A stretch of 64,000 bases of DNA from an uncultured delta proteobacterium (GCA_963711395.1 CAVQEA010000014.1:15269-79268); one strand, 5' to 3'. Positions 38,985 through 49,632 are shown, counted from the stretch's first letter. Made by a program: numbers and translations. Notes: generated by a model not told the origin, from the letters alone.

Positions 38985-40487
38985 ATGAAGGCGGGATTCT
39001 TGAAGCAGACTTTGGCGACGGGCCTGGCCCTGTCCGCGGTCGGCGGAAGCTTTGCGCTCGGCCGGTCGACGCGCGCCACGAAGTGGCTGGCGGCGGCGCC
39101 GGACGAAGCGCGGGCCGCCACTCCGGAACCGTTGCCCAGCGTCACTCATACCGGCGGCCAGGCGCCGACTTCGTTCGCACCCCTCGCGGCCGAGGCCTCG
39201 CCCGCCGTCGTCCACGTCAAGGTGACGGCGGTGGTGAAGGCCGCCGCAGAGGACGGCATGCCATCTGGATTTCCGCCCGGCACGTTCGGCGACGAGGAAA
39301 ACCCCTTCCAGGGGTTCTCCGCCCCGCGTCGCGGCCGCGGATACACCCAGCAGGGCACGGGCTCGGGATTCATCATTCGCAAGGACGGCGTCGTTCTCAC
39401 CAACAACCACGTGGTGGAGAATGCCAAGCAGATCACCGTCATCTTGAGCGACGGGCGCGAGCTCGAGGCCAAGGTGATGGGACGCGACCCGAAGACTGAT
39501 CTCGCGGTGCTGAAGATCGATCCCGCGAAGAGCTTGCACACGGCTCGGCTCGGGGACTCCGATGGCGTGAGCGTCGGCGACTGGGTGGTCGCGATCGGCA
39601 ATCCCTTCGGCCTCAGCAACACCGTCACCGCGGGCATCGTCAGCGCCAAGGGGCGGGCGATCGGCGCCGGCCCATACGACGATTTCATCCAGACGGACGC
39701 TCCCATCAATCCGGGCAATTCCGGCGGGCCGCTGTTCAATGATCGCGGCGAGGTGGTGGGTATCACCACGGCCATCTTCAGCCAGAGCGGCGGAAGCGTC
39801 GGCATCGGCTTCGCGATCCCGATCAACCTCGCCAAGAAGCTCGTGCCTGAGCTCGAGGAGAGCGGACACGTGACTCGCGCCTGGCTTGGGGTGACGATCC
39901 AGAAGCTCACGCCCGACCTGGCACAGTCGCTCGGAGTGGACCTGGCTCATGGCGCGCTGGTCGCCGAGGTTTCAGCAGACGGTCCGGCCGCGGCATCCGG
40001 GATCGAGCGCGGGGACGTGATCACCCGCTACGACGGCAAGGCGGTCGAGGACCACGCCGCTCTGCCGATGCTGGTAGCGTCAACCGCGGTCGGGAAGTCG
40101 ATTCCGGTCGAGGTCGTGCGCGACGGCAAGACGAAGACGTTCGAGGTAACCGTCACCAAGCAGCCCGGCGATGAAACCGCGCAGGAGGAACACGAGCACA
40201 AGGGCAAGTGGGGCCTCGCCCTTCGCGAGCTGAACCCCGCGGAGCGAGAGCAGCGAGAGCTCCCCGCCGGCGCGGGCGTGCTCGTCGCCGGTGTGTCGGA
40301 CGATAGCCCAGCGGCAGAGGCCGGTATCAAGGCGGGCGACGTGATCTTGCAGGTGAACCGCAAGTCGGTCGCCACCGTCGAGCAGGTGAAGAAGGAAATC
40401 GCCTCCACCCCGGCGGAAAAGCCGCTCCTCCTTCTCGTTCACCCGGCCGACGGCAACGAACGGTTCGCCGCGTTAACACCGCGGTGA
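38985..40487 (+). CDS. DegP/HtrA (Do-family) periplasmic serine protease with two PDZ domains
   Basis: RBS CAGGAGGA. Signal-like N-terminus. Catalytic motifs TNNHVV, DLAVLKI and GNSGGPL. Two PDZ-like C-terminal repeats. Confidence 0.92.
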   Translation: MKAGFLKQTLATGLALSAVGGSFALGRSTRATKWLAAAPDEARAATPEPLPSVTHTGGQAPTSFAPLAAEASPAVVHVKVTAVVKAAAEDGMPSGFPPGTFGDEENPFQGFSAPRRGRGYTQQGTGSGFIIRKDGVVLTNNHVVENAKQITVILSDGRELEAKVMGRDPKTDLAVLKIDPAKSLHTARLGDSDGVSVGDWVVAIGNPFGLSNTVTAGIVSAKGRAIGAGPYDDFIQTDAPINPGNSGGPLFNDRGEVVGITTAIFSQSGGSVGIGFAIPINLAKKLVPELEESGHVTRAWLGVTIQKLTPDLAQSLGVDLAHGALVAEVSADGPAAASGIERGDVITRYDGKAVEDHAALPMLVASTAVGKSIPVEVVRDGKTKTFEVTVTKQPGDETAQEEHEHKGKWGLALRELNPAEREQRELPAGAGVLVAGVSDDSPAAEAGIKAGDVILQVNRKSVATVEQVKKEIASTPAEKPLLLLVHPADGNERFAALTPR

Positions 40488-40520
40488 GCGCCGCGGCAAT
40501 CCCGCTGCGGTGATGCCCCG

Positions 40521-40546
40521 GGGGGCGGCTCCTTGGAGCCGCCCCC
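40521..40546 (+). terminator. perfect 12-bp GC hairpin between degP-like gene and ABC transporter (terminator/attenuator candidate)
   Basis: GGGGGCGGCTCC TT GGAGCCGCCCCC starts 34 nt after the protease stop. It is followed by TTGCGCTT; the T-tract is poor. Confidence 0.4.
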
Positions 40547-40566
40547 TTGCGCTTAGGGAGAGCTTC

Positions 40567-42402
40567 ATGACGACCGAACCCCGCCGGTTTCTCCGCGACG
40601 CGTGGCGCCTCCTCATGCCCTACTGGCGGTCGGAAGACAGACGGACCGCCCTGGTCCTTCTCGCCGCCATCGTCTTCCTCAATCTCGGCGCGGTGTACGT
40701 GCTGGTCTTGCTCAACTCGTGGAACCGCGCCTTCTACGACGCGCTCCAGCAGCGGGACTACGCGGCGTTCACACATGAGCTCGGCCGCTTCTGCCTGCTC
40801 GCGGGTCTGTTCATCGTCACGGCCGTCTACCGGCAATACCTGACGCAGACGCTCGAGATGCGCTGGCGGCGTTGGCTCACCGAGGTGTTCCTGCGCGGCT
40901 GGCTCGGTGATCGAATTTACTACCGTTTCGAGCATGTCCACCGCGGCACCGACAACCCCGATCAGCGCATCGCCGAGGATCTCAAGCTGCTCGCCGGCGG
41001 CTCGCTGTCGCTCGCGAGCGGGCTACTGAACGCGGCTGTCACGCTCGTCTCGTTCGTCGGCATCCTGTGGACGCTGTCGGGACCGCTCGCGGTGCCGCTC
41101 GGCGGCTGGACGATCAACATCCCCGCCTACCTGGTCTGGGCCGCGATTCTCTACGCGCTCGGCGGCAGCTTCTTTACCCACCGCATCGGCCGCCCGCTCG
41201 TCAGCCTCAACGCACAGCAGCAGCGCACGGAGGCGGACTTCCGCTTCAGCCTCGTCCGGCTGCGCGAGAACGCCGAGGAGGTGGCGCTCTACGGCGGCGA
41301 GCCGCTCGAGCAGCAAAGCCTGCGAAGGCGCTTCGCGGCGATCCTCGACAACTGGTGGCGGCGCTTGCGGGTGCAGAAGCGTCTCACGTGGTTCACGGCG
41401 GGCTACGGCCAGGCCGCGACCGTCTTCCCGATCCTGGTGGCGGCCCCGCGCTACTTCTCGGGGGCCATCCAGCTCGGCGCGTTGATGCAGATCGCGTCCG
41501 CCTTCGGCCGGGTCCAGGACGCGCTCAGCTGGTTCGTCGACAGCTATTCGAACCTCGCGGAATGGAAGGCGAGCATGGATCGCCTGCTCGCCTTCGAGCA
41601 GGGCATGGCGGCCTGCGCCGCGCCTAGCGGAGACGGCGATATCCGCATCGTCACGCGCGCCGAGAGCGAGATCGTCCTCGACCACGTCGACATCGCGCTG
41701 CCTTCCGGCGCGACGCTCGTCCGGGACGCGGACGCCGTGATCCGACCAGCAGAGCGCGTGCTCCTGACCGGGCCGTCCGGCAGCGGAAAGAGCACCGTCT
41801 TTCGGGCAATCGCGGGTCTCTGGCCCTACGGGCGGGGAGAGATTCGACGGCCGGCCGCCGGACGCATGCTCTTCCTCCCGCAGCGCCCGTATCTGCCGAT
41901 CGCCTCGCTCCGCGAGGCCGTCGCCTATCCATCCGATCCAGAGGTACTCGGCGACGCGGCGATCGCGATCGCACTCAAGCGGTGCCTCCTCGACGGTCTG
42001 GTGCCTCGCCTGGCCGAGGTGCAGCACTGGGCGCAGCAGCTGTCGCCCGGCGAGCAGCAGCTCGTCGCGCTCGCGCGCGCGCTGCTCCACGCGCCGGCTT
42101 GGCTGTTCCTCGACGAGGCGACCTCCGCCCTGGACGAGGCGACGGAGGGGTACATCTACCGCGAGCTTCGCACCCGCCTTGCCGAGACCGCAATCGTCAG
42201 CATCGCGCATCGACCCGGTGCGGCGAAGCACCACGAGCGCCGCCTCGAGCTCGTTCGCGTCGGCGACGCGGTGCGGCTCAGGGAATGTCCGTCGGCGATG
42301 AGCGGCTTCGGGAACGACGCGCTCGGCGACGCGACGATCTTCTCGCGACGGTCGGTCGGGCTCGGACGATTCCGGTCACGGCTCCACCACTCGCCGAGGT
42401 GA
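40567..42402 (+). CDS. fused ABC transporter permease/ATPase of the BacA/SbmA-related (YddA-like) type
   Basis: TMD begins PYWRSEDRRTALVLLAAIVFLNLGAVYVLVLLNSWNRAFYDAL. NBD has Walker A GPSGSGKST, signature LSPGEQQ and Walker B LFLDEATSALD. Confidence 0.85.
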   Translation: MTTEPRRFLRDAWRLLMPYWRSEDRRTALVLLAAIVFLNLGAVYVLVLLNSWNRAFYDALQQRDYAAFTHELGRFCLLAGLFIVTAVYRQYLTQTLEMRWRRWLTEVFLRGWLGDRIYYRFEHVHRGTDNPDQRIAEDLKLLAGGSLSLASGLLNAAVTLVSFVGILWTLSGPLAVPLGGWTINIPAYLVWAAILYALGGSFFTHRIGRPLVSLNAQQQRTEADFRFSLVRLRENAEEVALYGGEPLEQQSLRRRFAAILDNWWRRLRVQKRLTWFTAGYGQAATVFPILVAAPRYFSGAIQLGALMQIASAFGRVQDALSWFVDSYSNLAEWKASMDRLLAFEQGMAACAAPSGDGDIRIVTRAESEIVLDHVDIALPSGATLVRDADAVIRPAERVLLTGPSGSGKSTVFRAIAGLWPYGRGEIRRPAAGRMLFLPQRPYLPIASLREAVAYPSDPEVLGDAAIAIALKRCLLDGLVPRLAEVQHWAQQLSPGEQQLVALARALLHAPAWLFLDEATSALDEATEGYIYRELRTRLAETAIVSIAHRPGAAKHHERRLELVRVGDAVRLRECPSAMSGFGNDALGDATIFSRRSVGLGRFRSRLHHSPR

Positions 42403-42507
42403 CCAAGAGCCCGCGCGCACGGTCTCGGATTTCACCTTGGACGTCGTGCGGCGCAAATAGCGCGGGGAGTTGCGTGAAGACGCCCATCGGCGCATTCGGG
42501 AGAGACC

Positions 42508-43263
42508 ATGAACGGCCGAGTGCAGGTGATCGGCAGCTTCCTCTCTCCCTATGTCCGCAAGGTGCTGGTCTGCCTCGATCTGAAAGGCGTGCCATACGAA
42601 ATCGATCCCATCGTCCCCTTCTTCGGAGACGACCGCTTCTCGCGAGTGAGCCCGCTGCGGCGGATCCCCGTCCTGATCGACGAGCAAGTCACGCTCGCGG
42701 ACTCCTCCGCGATTTGCCAGTACCTGGAGGACCGCTACCCGCAGCCCAACCCCCTCTACCCCGTGAACATCGCCGACCGTGCTCGCGCGCGGTGGCTGGA
42801 GGAATTTGCCGATTCAAGGATGGGAGAGGTGTTCATCTGGAGGCTCTTCAACCAAGTGGCCATCAAGCCCTTCGTATGGGGCGAACAAACGGACGCCGCG
42901 GTGGTGGAGAAGACCTTGAGCGAGGAGATTCCCCACGTCCTCGACTACCTGGAGACGGAGGCTCCGGAGCAAGGGTTCCGATTCGGCGCGCTTTCCATCG
43001 CCGACATCACGATCGCGTGCTTCTTTCGCAACGCGGGCTTCGCGCGGTTTCGCGTCGATGCCGCTCGCTGGCCGCGCACGGCCGCGTTCGTGGAGCGGGT
43101 GCTGAAGATCGAAAGCTTCGAGAAGCTGAAGCCCATCGAGGAACGACTGCGGCGCACGCCGCTGTCACAGCACCGCGCCGTGTCGGCCGAGATGGGCGTG
43201 ACGTTGACGCGTGACAGCTACGGCGTGAGCGCACCGCGCCGGGGAATCATGCGCATCGACTAG
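42508..43263 (+). CDS. glutathione S-transferase family protein
   Basis: N-terminal thioredoxin-like SFLSPYVRKVLVCLDLKGVPYE...IPVLIDE...LADSSAICQYLE. Confidence 0.85.
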   Translation: MNGRVQVIGSFLSPYVRKVLVCLDLKGVPYEIDPIVPFFGDDRFSRVSPLRRIPVLIDEQVTLADSSAICQYLEDRYPQPNPLYPVNIADRARARWLEEFADSRMGEVFIWRLFNQVAIKPFVWGEQTDAAVVEKTLSEEIPHVLDYLETEAPEQGFRFGALSIADITIACFFRNAGFARFRVDAARWPRTAAFVERVLKIESFEKLKPIEERLRRTPLSQHRAVSAEMGVTLTRDSYGVSAPRRGIMRID

Positions 43264-43670
43264 CTGCCGCCGCCCTGGGCGCGGTGCTGCTGGATCTGAT
43301 CGAACAGGCGCTCGCGCATCTCGTCCTTGGCAGCCTGGAACTTCTGGAACTGGTCGGGCGAGAGCAGCGCCTTCAGCTCGTCCTCCTTCTGCGTTTCCAC
43401 GGCGCGAGCGTCGTGCATCTTCATGAGCGGCCCTTCGGAGCCCTTGATGATGGGATCCATCTTCTCGGCATATTTGAGGTTGATGGCGCCGACCTTCGCC
43501 GCTTGCTCGTCCGTCAGGCCGAGCTTGGTCTTCATCATGGCGGTCTGCGCCTTGGCGCGCTCCGCCGGCGTCGTGTCTTTGAGCTGGTCGAGCTCAGATG
43601 CGAGGACGGTCGCGGCCGTCAGCAGGCACAGCGCGATCGCGAAGCTGCGAACAGTCGATGGGAGCGGCAT
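43260..43670 (-). CDS. periplasmic LTXXQ-motif (CpxP/Spy-like) protein
   Basis: RBS GGAGGA. Signal peptide MPLPSTVRSFAIALCLLTAATVLA. LTDEQ and LSPDQ motifs in a helical, charged protein. Confidence 0.6.
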   Translation of the reverse strand: MPLPSTVRSFAIALCLLTAATVLASELDQLKDTTPAERAKAQTAMMKTKLGLTDEQAAKVGAINLKYAEKMDPIIKGSEGPLMKMHDARAVETQKEDELKALLSPDQFQKFQAAKDEMRERLFDQIQQHRAQGGGS

Positions 43671-43854
43671 CGTTCCTCCTCTGTCGGTGAGGCGTGCTAC
43701 ATAACGCTCACCGCTCCATGCGTCCAGCTCCCCAGCCTCTCGTGATGCTCCTGCCGGCCCTCGCGGCCGTGAGACGCCGAGCTCGGTGACCGCCGTTACG
43801 AGAACAGGCGCAGCCGAGGCGCGCGATCGCCACGAGAGCTTGCGCCAGCGGGAG

Positions 43855-44478
43855 ATGAAGCGCGGCCTACGCGTGTTGCTCTTCGCGTTGCTTCTGCTGC
43901 TGGTCACGTACCCGCTGTTGTCCGAGACGTTGATCGGCAAGGCGATCTTCGTCGTCCTGTCGACGGCCATCATGCTCGCCGGCGCCTACGCGAGCAGCAG
44001 GACCCGACGCGCGCTCGCGGCGGCGCTGCTTCTCGCCATGCCGGCGATGATCACGCGCTGGAGCGATCTCTTCGTGCCGTCTGCGCCGATGCTGATCGCC
44101 TCCATCGTCTCGACGATGTTCCTCTACGCGTACATCGCCGCCCTCGTCTTTCGGCGCATTCTGAATACGGGAGAGGTCAGCGCCGAGGAGCTCTACGGGG
44201 GCCTTGCGGTCTACATCCTGATGGGACTGGTGTGGGCGGATGCGTGCTGGCTACTCGAAGCCGCCGCGCCGGGATCGTACTTCACCGGCGGCGAGCCGGC
44301 TTCCCTGGCGATCTTCATATACTACAGCTTCTCGACGCTCATGACCGTCGGATTCGGCGACATCCGCCCGGTCGGCCCGCTGGCCCGCTCGCTCGCGACG
44401 TTCGAGTCGCTCGGAGGAATCTTCTTCATGGCGGTGTTCATCTCTCGGTTGGTGGGGTTGGCGCAGGTCCGCCGATGA
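43855..44478 (+). CDS. potassium-channel-like ion channel (pore TVGFGD), paralog of 18995..19684
   Basis: YYSFSTLMTVGFGDIRP is flanked by TMs. It shares the ...LVW....LLE...PGS... block with the first copy. Confidence 0.7.
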   Translation: MKRGLRVLLFALLLLLVTYPLLSETLIGKAIFVVLSTAIMLAGAYASSRTRRALAAALLLAMPAMITRWSDLFVPSAPMLIASIVSTMFLYAYIAALVFRRILNTGEVSAEELYGGLAVYILMGLVWADACWLLEAAAPGSYFTGGEPASLAIFIYYSFSTLMTVGFGDIRPVGPLARSLATFESLGGIFFMAVFISRLVGLAQVRR

Positions 44479-45047
44479 CGGAGCGACCGCAAACGATCGC
44501 GAGTCTGCTGCCGCTCGCCGTCGCGGTTGCGAGCCTCGACTACGCCGCGGCGCGCACGGCCAACGCGCTCGGCATACCGTTCTATCTCGACACCTGGGCG
44601 ACGTCGGTCGGCGTCCTCGCCGGCGGGCTCGTTCCCGGAATCCTGGGCGGGGCGCTGTACTGCGCCGCCATGGTCGTCACGGTCTGGGGCTCTGCCGGGA
44701 TTGTATGGACGGTCAGCAGCGTCAGCGTTGCGCTTCTCACCTGGGCCTTCGCGCGGCGCGGCTGGATCGACGTCGAGCGCCCGCTCGGCTTGCTGAGCGC
44801 AGGCATCGTGACCGGGACCCTCAATACGTTGCTGGCGGTGATGCTCGAGCCGTTGGCTTATGGCGCCCGCAACCCCTTCGACAAGTCGGTGCTGTTCCGT
44901 GAGCTGTTCCAGGGGGCCTTGGGTTCGTGGGACATCGCGCTGCACCTCGACAACCTGCTGGTCGAGATCACGGACAAGACGGTATGCATCATCGTGGCGG
45001 CGGCGACCGCGACACTCATGCTGGAGCCGCACCGCCGGGCGCGGTGA
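44475..45047 (+). CDS. polytopic membrane protein coupled to the channel gene
   Basis: ATGA overlap at 44475-44478. 190 aa with 5-6 TMs ([33 protein letters not shown]...), reminiscent of ECF S-component/5TM-receptor-type membrane domains. Confidence 0.5.
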   Translation: MTERPQTIASLLPLAVAVASLDYAAARTANALGIPFYLDTWATSVGVLAGGLVPGILGGALYCAAMVVTVWGSAGIVWTVSSVSVALLTWAFARRGWIDVERPLGLLSAGIVTGTLNTLLAVMLEPLAYGARNPFDKSVLFRELFQGALGSWDIALHLDNLLVEITDKTVCIIVAAATATLMLEPHRRAR

Positions 45048-45066
45048 AGCCCTCGGCCAGATTCCG

Positions 45067-45835
45067 CTAGCGAAAGCCGAGCCGGCTTGGCGCCCACTGC
45101 TGGGCGAGCTGCTCTTCCACGTAGTCGCTGCGCGCGAAGAGCTTGACGAGGACGATGCCGGCGATGAGGCCGCCGATGTGCGCCCAGAAGGCGACACCGC
45201 CGCGGCTCCCCCTGCGCTCGAGCGAGACGACGCCGCTCACGAACTGGATGAGCGCCCAGTAGCCGATCATCGTCCACGCCGGCATCGCGAAGCGTCGTGA
45301 GGAAGAAGCCGAGCGGAACGAGCACGTAGACCCTCGCGAACGGATAGAGGACGACGTAGCCGCCCATCACGCCGCTGATCGCACCCGACGCGCCGACCAT
45401 CGGCACGCCGGAGTCGGGCGTGATCGCACACCTGCAGTAGCGGCCGCGGCGAGGCCGCAGACGAGATAGAAGACGACGAATCGCAGGCGCCCCATCGAGT
45501 CTTCGACGTTGTTGCCGAAGATCCAGAGGAACCACATGTTGCCGAGGAGGTGCATCCACGAGCCGTGCAGGAACATGTGCGTGAGCAGGTGGAGCGGTTG
45601 ACGGCCCGGGTCGACGACGCAGACGAGGCCGTCGCCCATCGGGAACGCCGTGCCGGGCGCGAGCCGCTCGGTGAGCTCGCCGGCGACGAGCCCCAGGTTG
45701 CAAACCGAGGTCGCGAGCGGCATCGGCGAGCCCGCGCCCTGCACGAGGAGCCAGACCGCGACGTTGGCCGCGATCAGGGCGAAGGTCGCGATCGGGGTCG
45801 CGGAGGCTCACGTTCTCGTCGCGGTACGGGAACAT
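45067..45835 (-). pseudogene. rhomboid-family intramembrane serine protease, at least 3 frame changes
   Basis: Pieces in three frames: MFPYRDEN; [30 protein letters not shown]; [18 protein letters not shown] (catalytic GxSG); [16 protein letters not shown] (catalytic His). Confidence 0.7.
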
Positions 45836-45907
45836 CCATCACCTCCCTGGCGACAGTCACTCGGCCCAAGCTGCGGAAAATTCGCGGCTACAGATCCGCT
45901 TCGTTGA

Positions 45908-46690
45908 TCACCCCGCCGGCTCGCCGGCGTTGACCGGCAGCACCTGGCCCGAGATGCTCCGCGACATGTCGCTGCAGAAGAAGACCGTCGCGTCGACGAT
46001 GTCGTCCGCGGTGGTCATGCGCTTCAAGGGGGAGCGATCGATGAAAGCCTCGCGGACCGCCTCGGCGGACATGCCGCGCGCCTGCGCCTGACCCTCGATC
46101 ACGCGGTCGATCCGGTCGCCCTCGACGGCGCCCGGCGCCACGCAGTTGACGCGGATGTTGTGGGGCGCGAGCTCGAGCGCCATGCCGTACGTCATGCCGA
46201 CCTGGCCTGCCTTCGCCGAGCAGTAGCCGATGCGGTACGCCAGCCCGCGGCGGCCGGCGCCGGAGGAGATGTTCACGATGGTCCCACCCCCGGCCTTGAT
46301 CATCTCCGGGACGACGAACCGCGTGCAGAGGTACGAGCTGGTCAGACACGAGTCGATCGTGTAGCGCCAGTCCTCCATCGTGTAGTCCTGGACGGGCTTG
46401 GTGGCGCCGCCGTCGCCCGCGTTGTTGACGAGCGCGTCAATGCGGCCGAACGCTTGAACCCCGGCGGCGACGAGGCGGCGCACGTCGTCCTCGACCGCCG
46501 CATCGCAGACGACGGCGATCGCCTGGCCGCCCGCCTTCTTCACCTGCGCCGCGGTCTCATTCACCAGATCGGCCGAGCGCGCCGCGCAGACGACACGCGC
46601 GCCCTCCCGGCTGAAGCGCAGGGCCATGACCCGTCCGATGCCCTTGGAAGCGCCGGTGATGATCGCAACTCTGCCGTCGAGCAAACCCAT
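45908..46690 (-). CDS. SDR-family oxidoreductase
   Basis: MGLLDGRVAIITGASKGIGR, NNAG, YCSAKAG. Intact. Confidence 0.85.
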   Translation of the reverse strand: MGLLDGRVAIITGASKGIGRVMALRFSREGARVVCAARSADLVNETAAQVKKAGGQAIAVVCDAAVEDDVRRLVAAGVQAFGRIDALVNNAGDGGATKPVQDYTMEDWRYTIDSCLTSSYLCTRFVVPEMIKAGGGTIVNISSGAGRRGLAYRIGYCSAKAGQVGMTYGMALELAPHNIRVNCVAPGAVEGDRIDRVIEGQAQARGMSAEAVREAFIDRSPLKRMTTADDIVDATVFFCSDMSRSISGQVLPVNAGEPAG

Positions 46691-46851
46691 GGTCTTCTCC
46701 TTCTCGAAAGGCGCGGGCGCGTGCTCGCGGATACTGGCATTCCTCCGTTCCGGCTGCCACCGTCTTCGCGCGTTGATCCCGACTGCGGATCCTCCTAAGG
46801 TGGCGGCCGGTCGCGGCGTGCTCTCGCCGCGACGACGAGAGGAGATCGCGC

Positions 46852-48061
46852 ATGGCCGGACCACTGGCGGGGATTCGCGTCGTCGAGATCGGACAGGAGA
46901 TCCAGGGACCTTACGCGGCCCTCTATCTCGCGGACATGGGAGCCGACGTCGTCAAGATCGAGAACCGCGAGACCGGCGACCTCTCCCGCTGGCTCCGCGC
47001 CGACACGTTCTTTCCGGGGATCCGCGCCGGGCACGTGAGCCCGTACTTCCTGGCGATGAACCGCGGCAAGCGGAGCATCACGCTCGACCTCAAGAAGGAC
47101 GGCGGCCGGGAGATCCTGAGCAAGCTGGTCGAGCGGTCGGACGTGCTGCTGACGAACTACCGGCCCGGAGTGCTCGACCGGCTGGGCTTCGGCTACGAGC
47201 AACTCGCGCCGCGCCACCCTCGCCTCATCTGGGCGCAGGGTTCGGGTGGGGGCCGAAAGGACCCTGGACGCATCGCCCGAGCCGCGACACGCTGGCGCAG
47301 GCGGCGGGTGGCCTGATGGCCAAGACGGGGCTGCCCGAGGATCCGCCGCTCGCGGCCGGCGCCGCGGTCGCCGACACGAACGGCGCGCTCGCGCTCGCCA
47401 CCAGCGTGCTCGCCGCGCTCTTCGTCCGCGAGCGCACGGGCCAGGGGCAGAAGGTCGGCGCGAGCATCTACGGGACGGTCATCGCCATGCAGGCCTTCGA
47501 GCTCGCCTTCGCGTCGTTCTCCGGCAAGGAGCCGCAGCGCGCGGGGCGCGCGCATCAGCTGCTGCACGGAGTCTGGGGGGCGTTTCGCACCAAGGACGGC
47601 TGGCTCTGCCTCGCCGGGGTCGACGACAAGCGCTGGCCCCGCTTCTGCGCGATCCTCGGCATCGAGCATCTTGAAGGACGATCCGGAGTGCGACAACCAG
47701 ACCCGCAACTTCTACGGCGAGCAGAAGATCCAGAAGGTGCTCGACGAGATCTTCCCGACGCGCACCACCAAGGAGTGGCTCGCCGCGCTGAACGAGGCGG
47801 ACATCCTGGCGACGCCGGTCGCCTGCGTACAAGGACATTCTCGAGAGCGAGCAAGCGTGGGTGAACGGATACCTGACGACGATCCACCATCCGGAAGTCG
47901 GAGACCTCACGGTCGCCGGGACGCCGATCTCGATGGAGGCGACGCCGCTCGAGCCGAAACGCACGCCGCCGGAGCACGGGGAGCACACCGAGGAGATCCT
48001 CCTCGAGCTCGGCTACGGCTGGGAAGAGATCGGCAAGCTGAGAGAGAGCGAGGCGGTCTAG
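46852..48061 (+). pseudogene. family III CoA-transferase (CaiB/BaiF), about 3 frame changes
   Basis: MAGPLAGIRVVEIGQEIQGPYAALYLADMGADVVKIE. Continues in other frames: RDTLAQAAGGLMAKTG...; DDPECDNQTRNFYG...KEWLAALNEADILATPVA; VNGYLTTIHHPEVGDLTVAGTPISME...EHTEEILLELGY. Shifts at ~47243, ~47670 and ~47825. Confidence 0.8.
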
Positions 48062-48429
48062 GGCCGATTGCCTCTATCGGTCGACCGCCGCGCGAGCGCT
48101 CCCAACCACGCGGGCACTGCGCACACCGCCGCGAAGAACGCGAAAAGCAGGAGCCCGAGCGGCAGCAGGCTCCAGTCGCGGTTCTGCGCCATCATCACGA
48201 CAGCTTGAGCGGCGAACGGCAACACGGCCCAGCGCCAGGCGCCGCGAGGCGACAGAAACCCGAGCACGGCCACGAGTACGGCGAGCGCGGGTAGCAGCGC
48301 GGAAAAATAGATGGCGCTGTCCCAAGCCTCGCGGCGATGAGCCACGCGGCCGACGACAACCCAACCCGCCGCTCCGGCTCCCGCGGCAATCCCTCCCGCC
48401 AGCCACGCCGGAACCGTCCTCATGAGCAA
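48058..48429 (-). CDS. hypothetical 4-TM membrane protein
   Basis: 123 aa with four hydrophobic segments. No family recognised. Confidence 0.45.
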   Translation of the reverse strand: MLMRTVPAWLAGGIAAGAGAAGWVVVGRVAHRREAWDSAIYFSALLPALAVLVAVLGFLSPRGAWRWAVLPFAAQAVVMMAQNRDWSLLPLGLLLFAFFAAVCAVPAWLGALARRSTDRGNRP

Positions 48430-48435
48430 GCTACT

Positions 48436-48825
48436 CTACGGCGCGGCGAGCGGGATTCCCGTGGCGTTCATCCACGTCGCGTAGTCGAAGTAGTCGCGGT
48501 GGGCCGTGATCTTGCCGTCGCGCACCTCGAAGACGCCAGCCACGGGCAGGGCGAGGGTCTTCCCTTGCCAACGAAAGTGGTCGATGCGCTCGGTGAACAC
48601 CACGTTGCCGTTCGCGGCCACGTGCAGGTTCTCGATCTCGATCGAATCCATGAGCTTCGCGAAGCCGAGGAACGCTTCGCGGATGGCCTTCGCGCCCTTC
48701 ACGGGGGGAACGGGGATGTTGTGATACACGGCGTCGGCGGCGAAGAAGCTCATCAGCTCCTCGATGTCGCCGCGCTTCCACGCCTCGCAAAACTTCCTGA
48801 CGATCGCTTCCGGGCTCCCACTCAT
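48436..48825 (-). CDS. limonene-1,2-epoxide hydrolase-like / SnoaL (NTF2-fold) protein
   Basis: IVRKFCEAWKRGDIEELMSFFAADAVYHNIP...GKITAHRDYFD is typical of the LEH/SnoaL family. Confidence 0.75.
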   Translation of the reverse strand: MSGSPEAIVRKFCEAWKRGDIEELMSFFAADAVYHNIPVPPVKGAKAIREAFLGFAKLMDSIEIENLHVAANGNVVFTERIDHFRWQGKTLALPVAGVFEVRDGKITAHRDYFDYATWMNATGIPLAAP

Positions 48826-48846
48826 CTTCGACCTCCGTCGTCGTTC

Positions 48847-49632
48847 TCAGCCGCTCACCGTCCGTAGCACGAACGCCACCGCCGTGTGACTGAAGCGGAG
48901 CTCGCCGTCCTCGACGCGCACGGCGAGACCGGCCCGGTCGCCGTCGATCGATCCGTGCATCGTGCGCTCGATCTCGCGCGCCACGTCCGGCGCCGGGCCG
49001 CCGTGCGACATCCATTCGGCGACCGAGTAGTCGATCGTCGATTGCCCGCGGAAGGCAACGGTGAGCCCGAGACACGCGAACATCTCGCGGAGCTCGCTCT
49101 CGGCGAGCGCCCGCGCGTGCGTCGGATCGCAGAGGCGCTCGATCTCGTTGTGGAGCGCGGCCTTGGCCGGGTCTTCCGAGGAGACCTGGTCGGCGATCAG
49201 CAGGCGCGCGCCCGGCCGCGTCACGCGCACCATCTCGCGGAGCACGAGGTCGGGCTTCGGAAAGTGATGGAACGCGGCGCGGCAGGCGGCGACGTCGAAC
49301 ACGCGATCGGCGATCGGCATGCGCTCGACGTCGCCAAGTACGAAGCGGAGGTTCCCGAAGCCTCGCCGGCGCGCCGCGGCGCGAGCGTGGTCGAGGAAGA
49401 CGTCCGTGCCGTCGACGCCGACGACCGCCGCGCAGCGCTCGGCGAACGTCATGGTGAGGAACGCCGGGCCGCAGGCGACGTCGAGCACGCGATCCTTCGC
49501 GCCGGCGTCGCTCACCGCCACCAGCCGTGCGAGCGCCGCGGCGTCGGTCACCGAGGCGAGCCGCTCGTAGGCGTCCGCCTGGCGCCGAAACTGTCGCTGG
49601 ATCCGGCCTAGCTGTTCGTTGGCGAGCGGCAT
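48847..49632 (-). CDS. class I SAM-dependent methyltransferase
   Basis: Motif I VLDVACGPAF. Post-I and motif II: VGVDGTDVF and FDVAACRAAFHHF. Confidence 0.85.
   Translation of the reverse strand: MPLANEQLGRIQRQFRRQADAYERLASVTDAAALARLVAVSDAGAKDRVLDVACGPAFLTMTFAERCAAVVGVDGTDVFLDHARAAARRRGFGNLRFVLGDVERMPIADRVFDVAACRAAFHHFPKPDLVLREMVRVTRPGARLLIADQVSSEDPAKAALHNEIERLCDPTHARALAESELREMFACLGLTVAFRGQSTIDYSVAEWMSHGGPAPDVAREIERTMHGSIDGDRAGLAVRVEDGELRFSHTAVAFVLRTVSG

Noticed and set aside
38558-39499. 313-aa ORF running from the kinase ATPase domain through the start of degP
   Set aside because: Only the first ~115 aa (HATPase_c motifs) are real. The rest is an out-of-frame read-through of the intergenic region and the degP 5' end, probably caused by a missing stop or indel near 38900.
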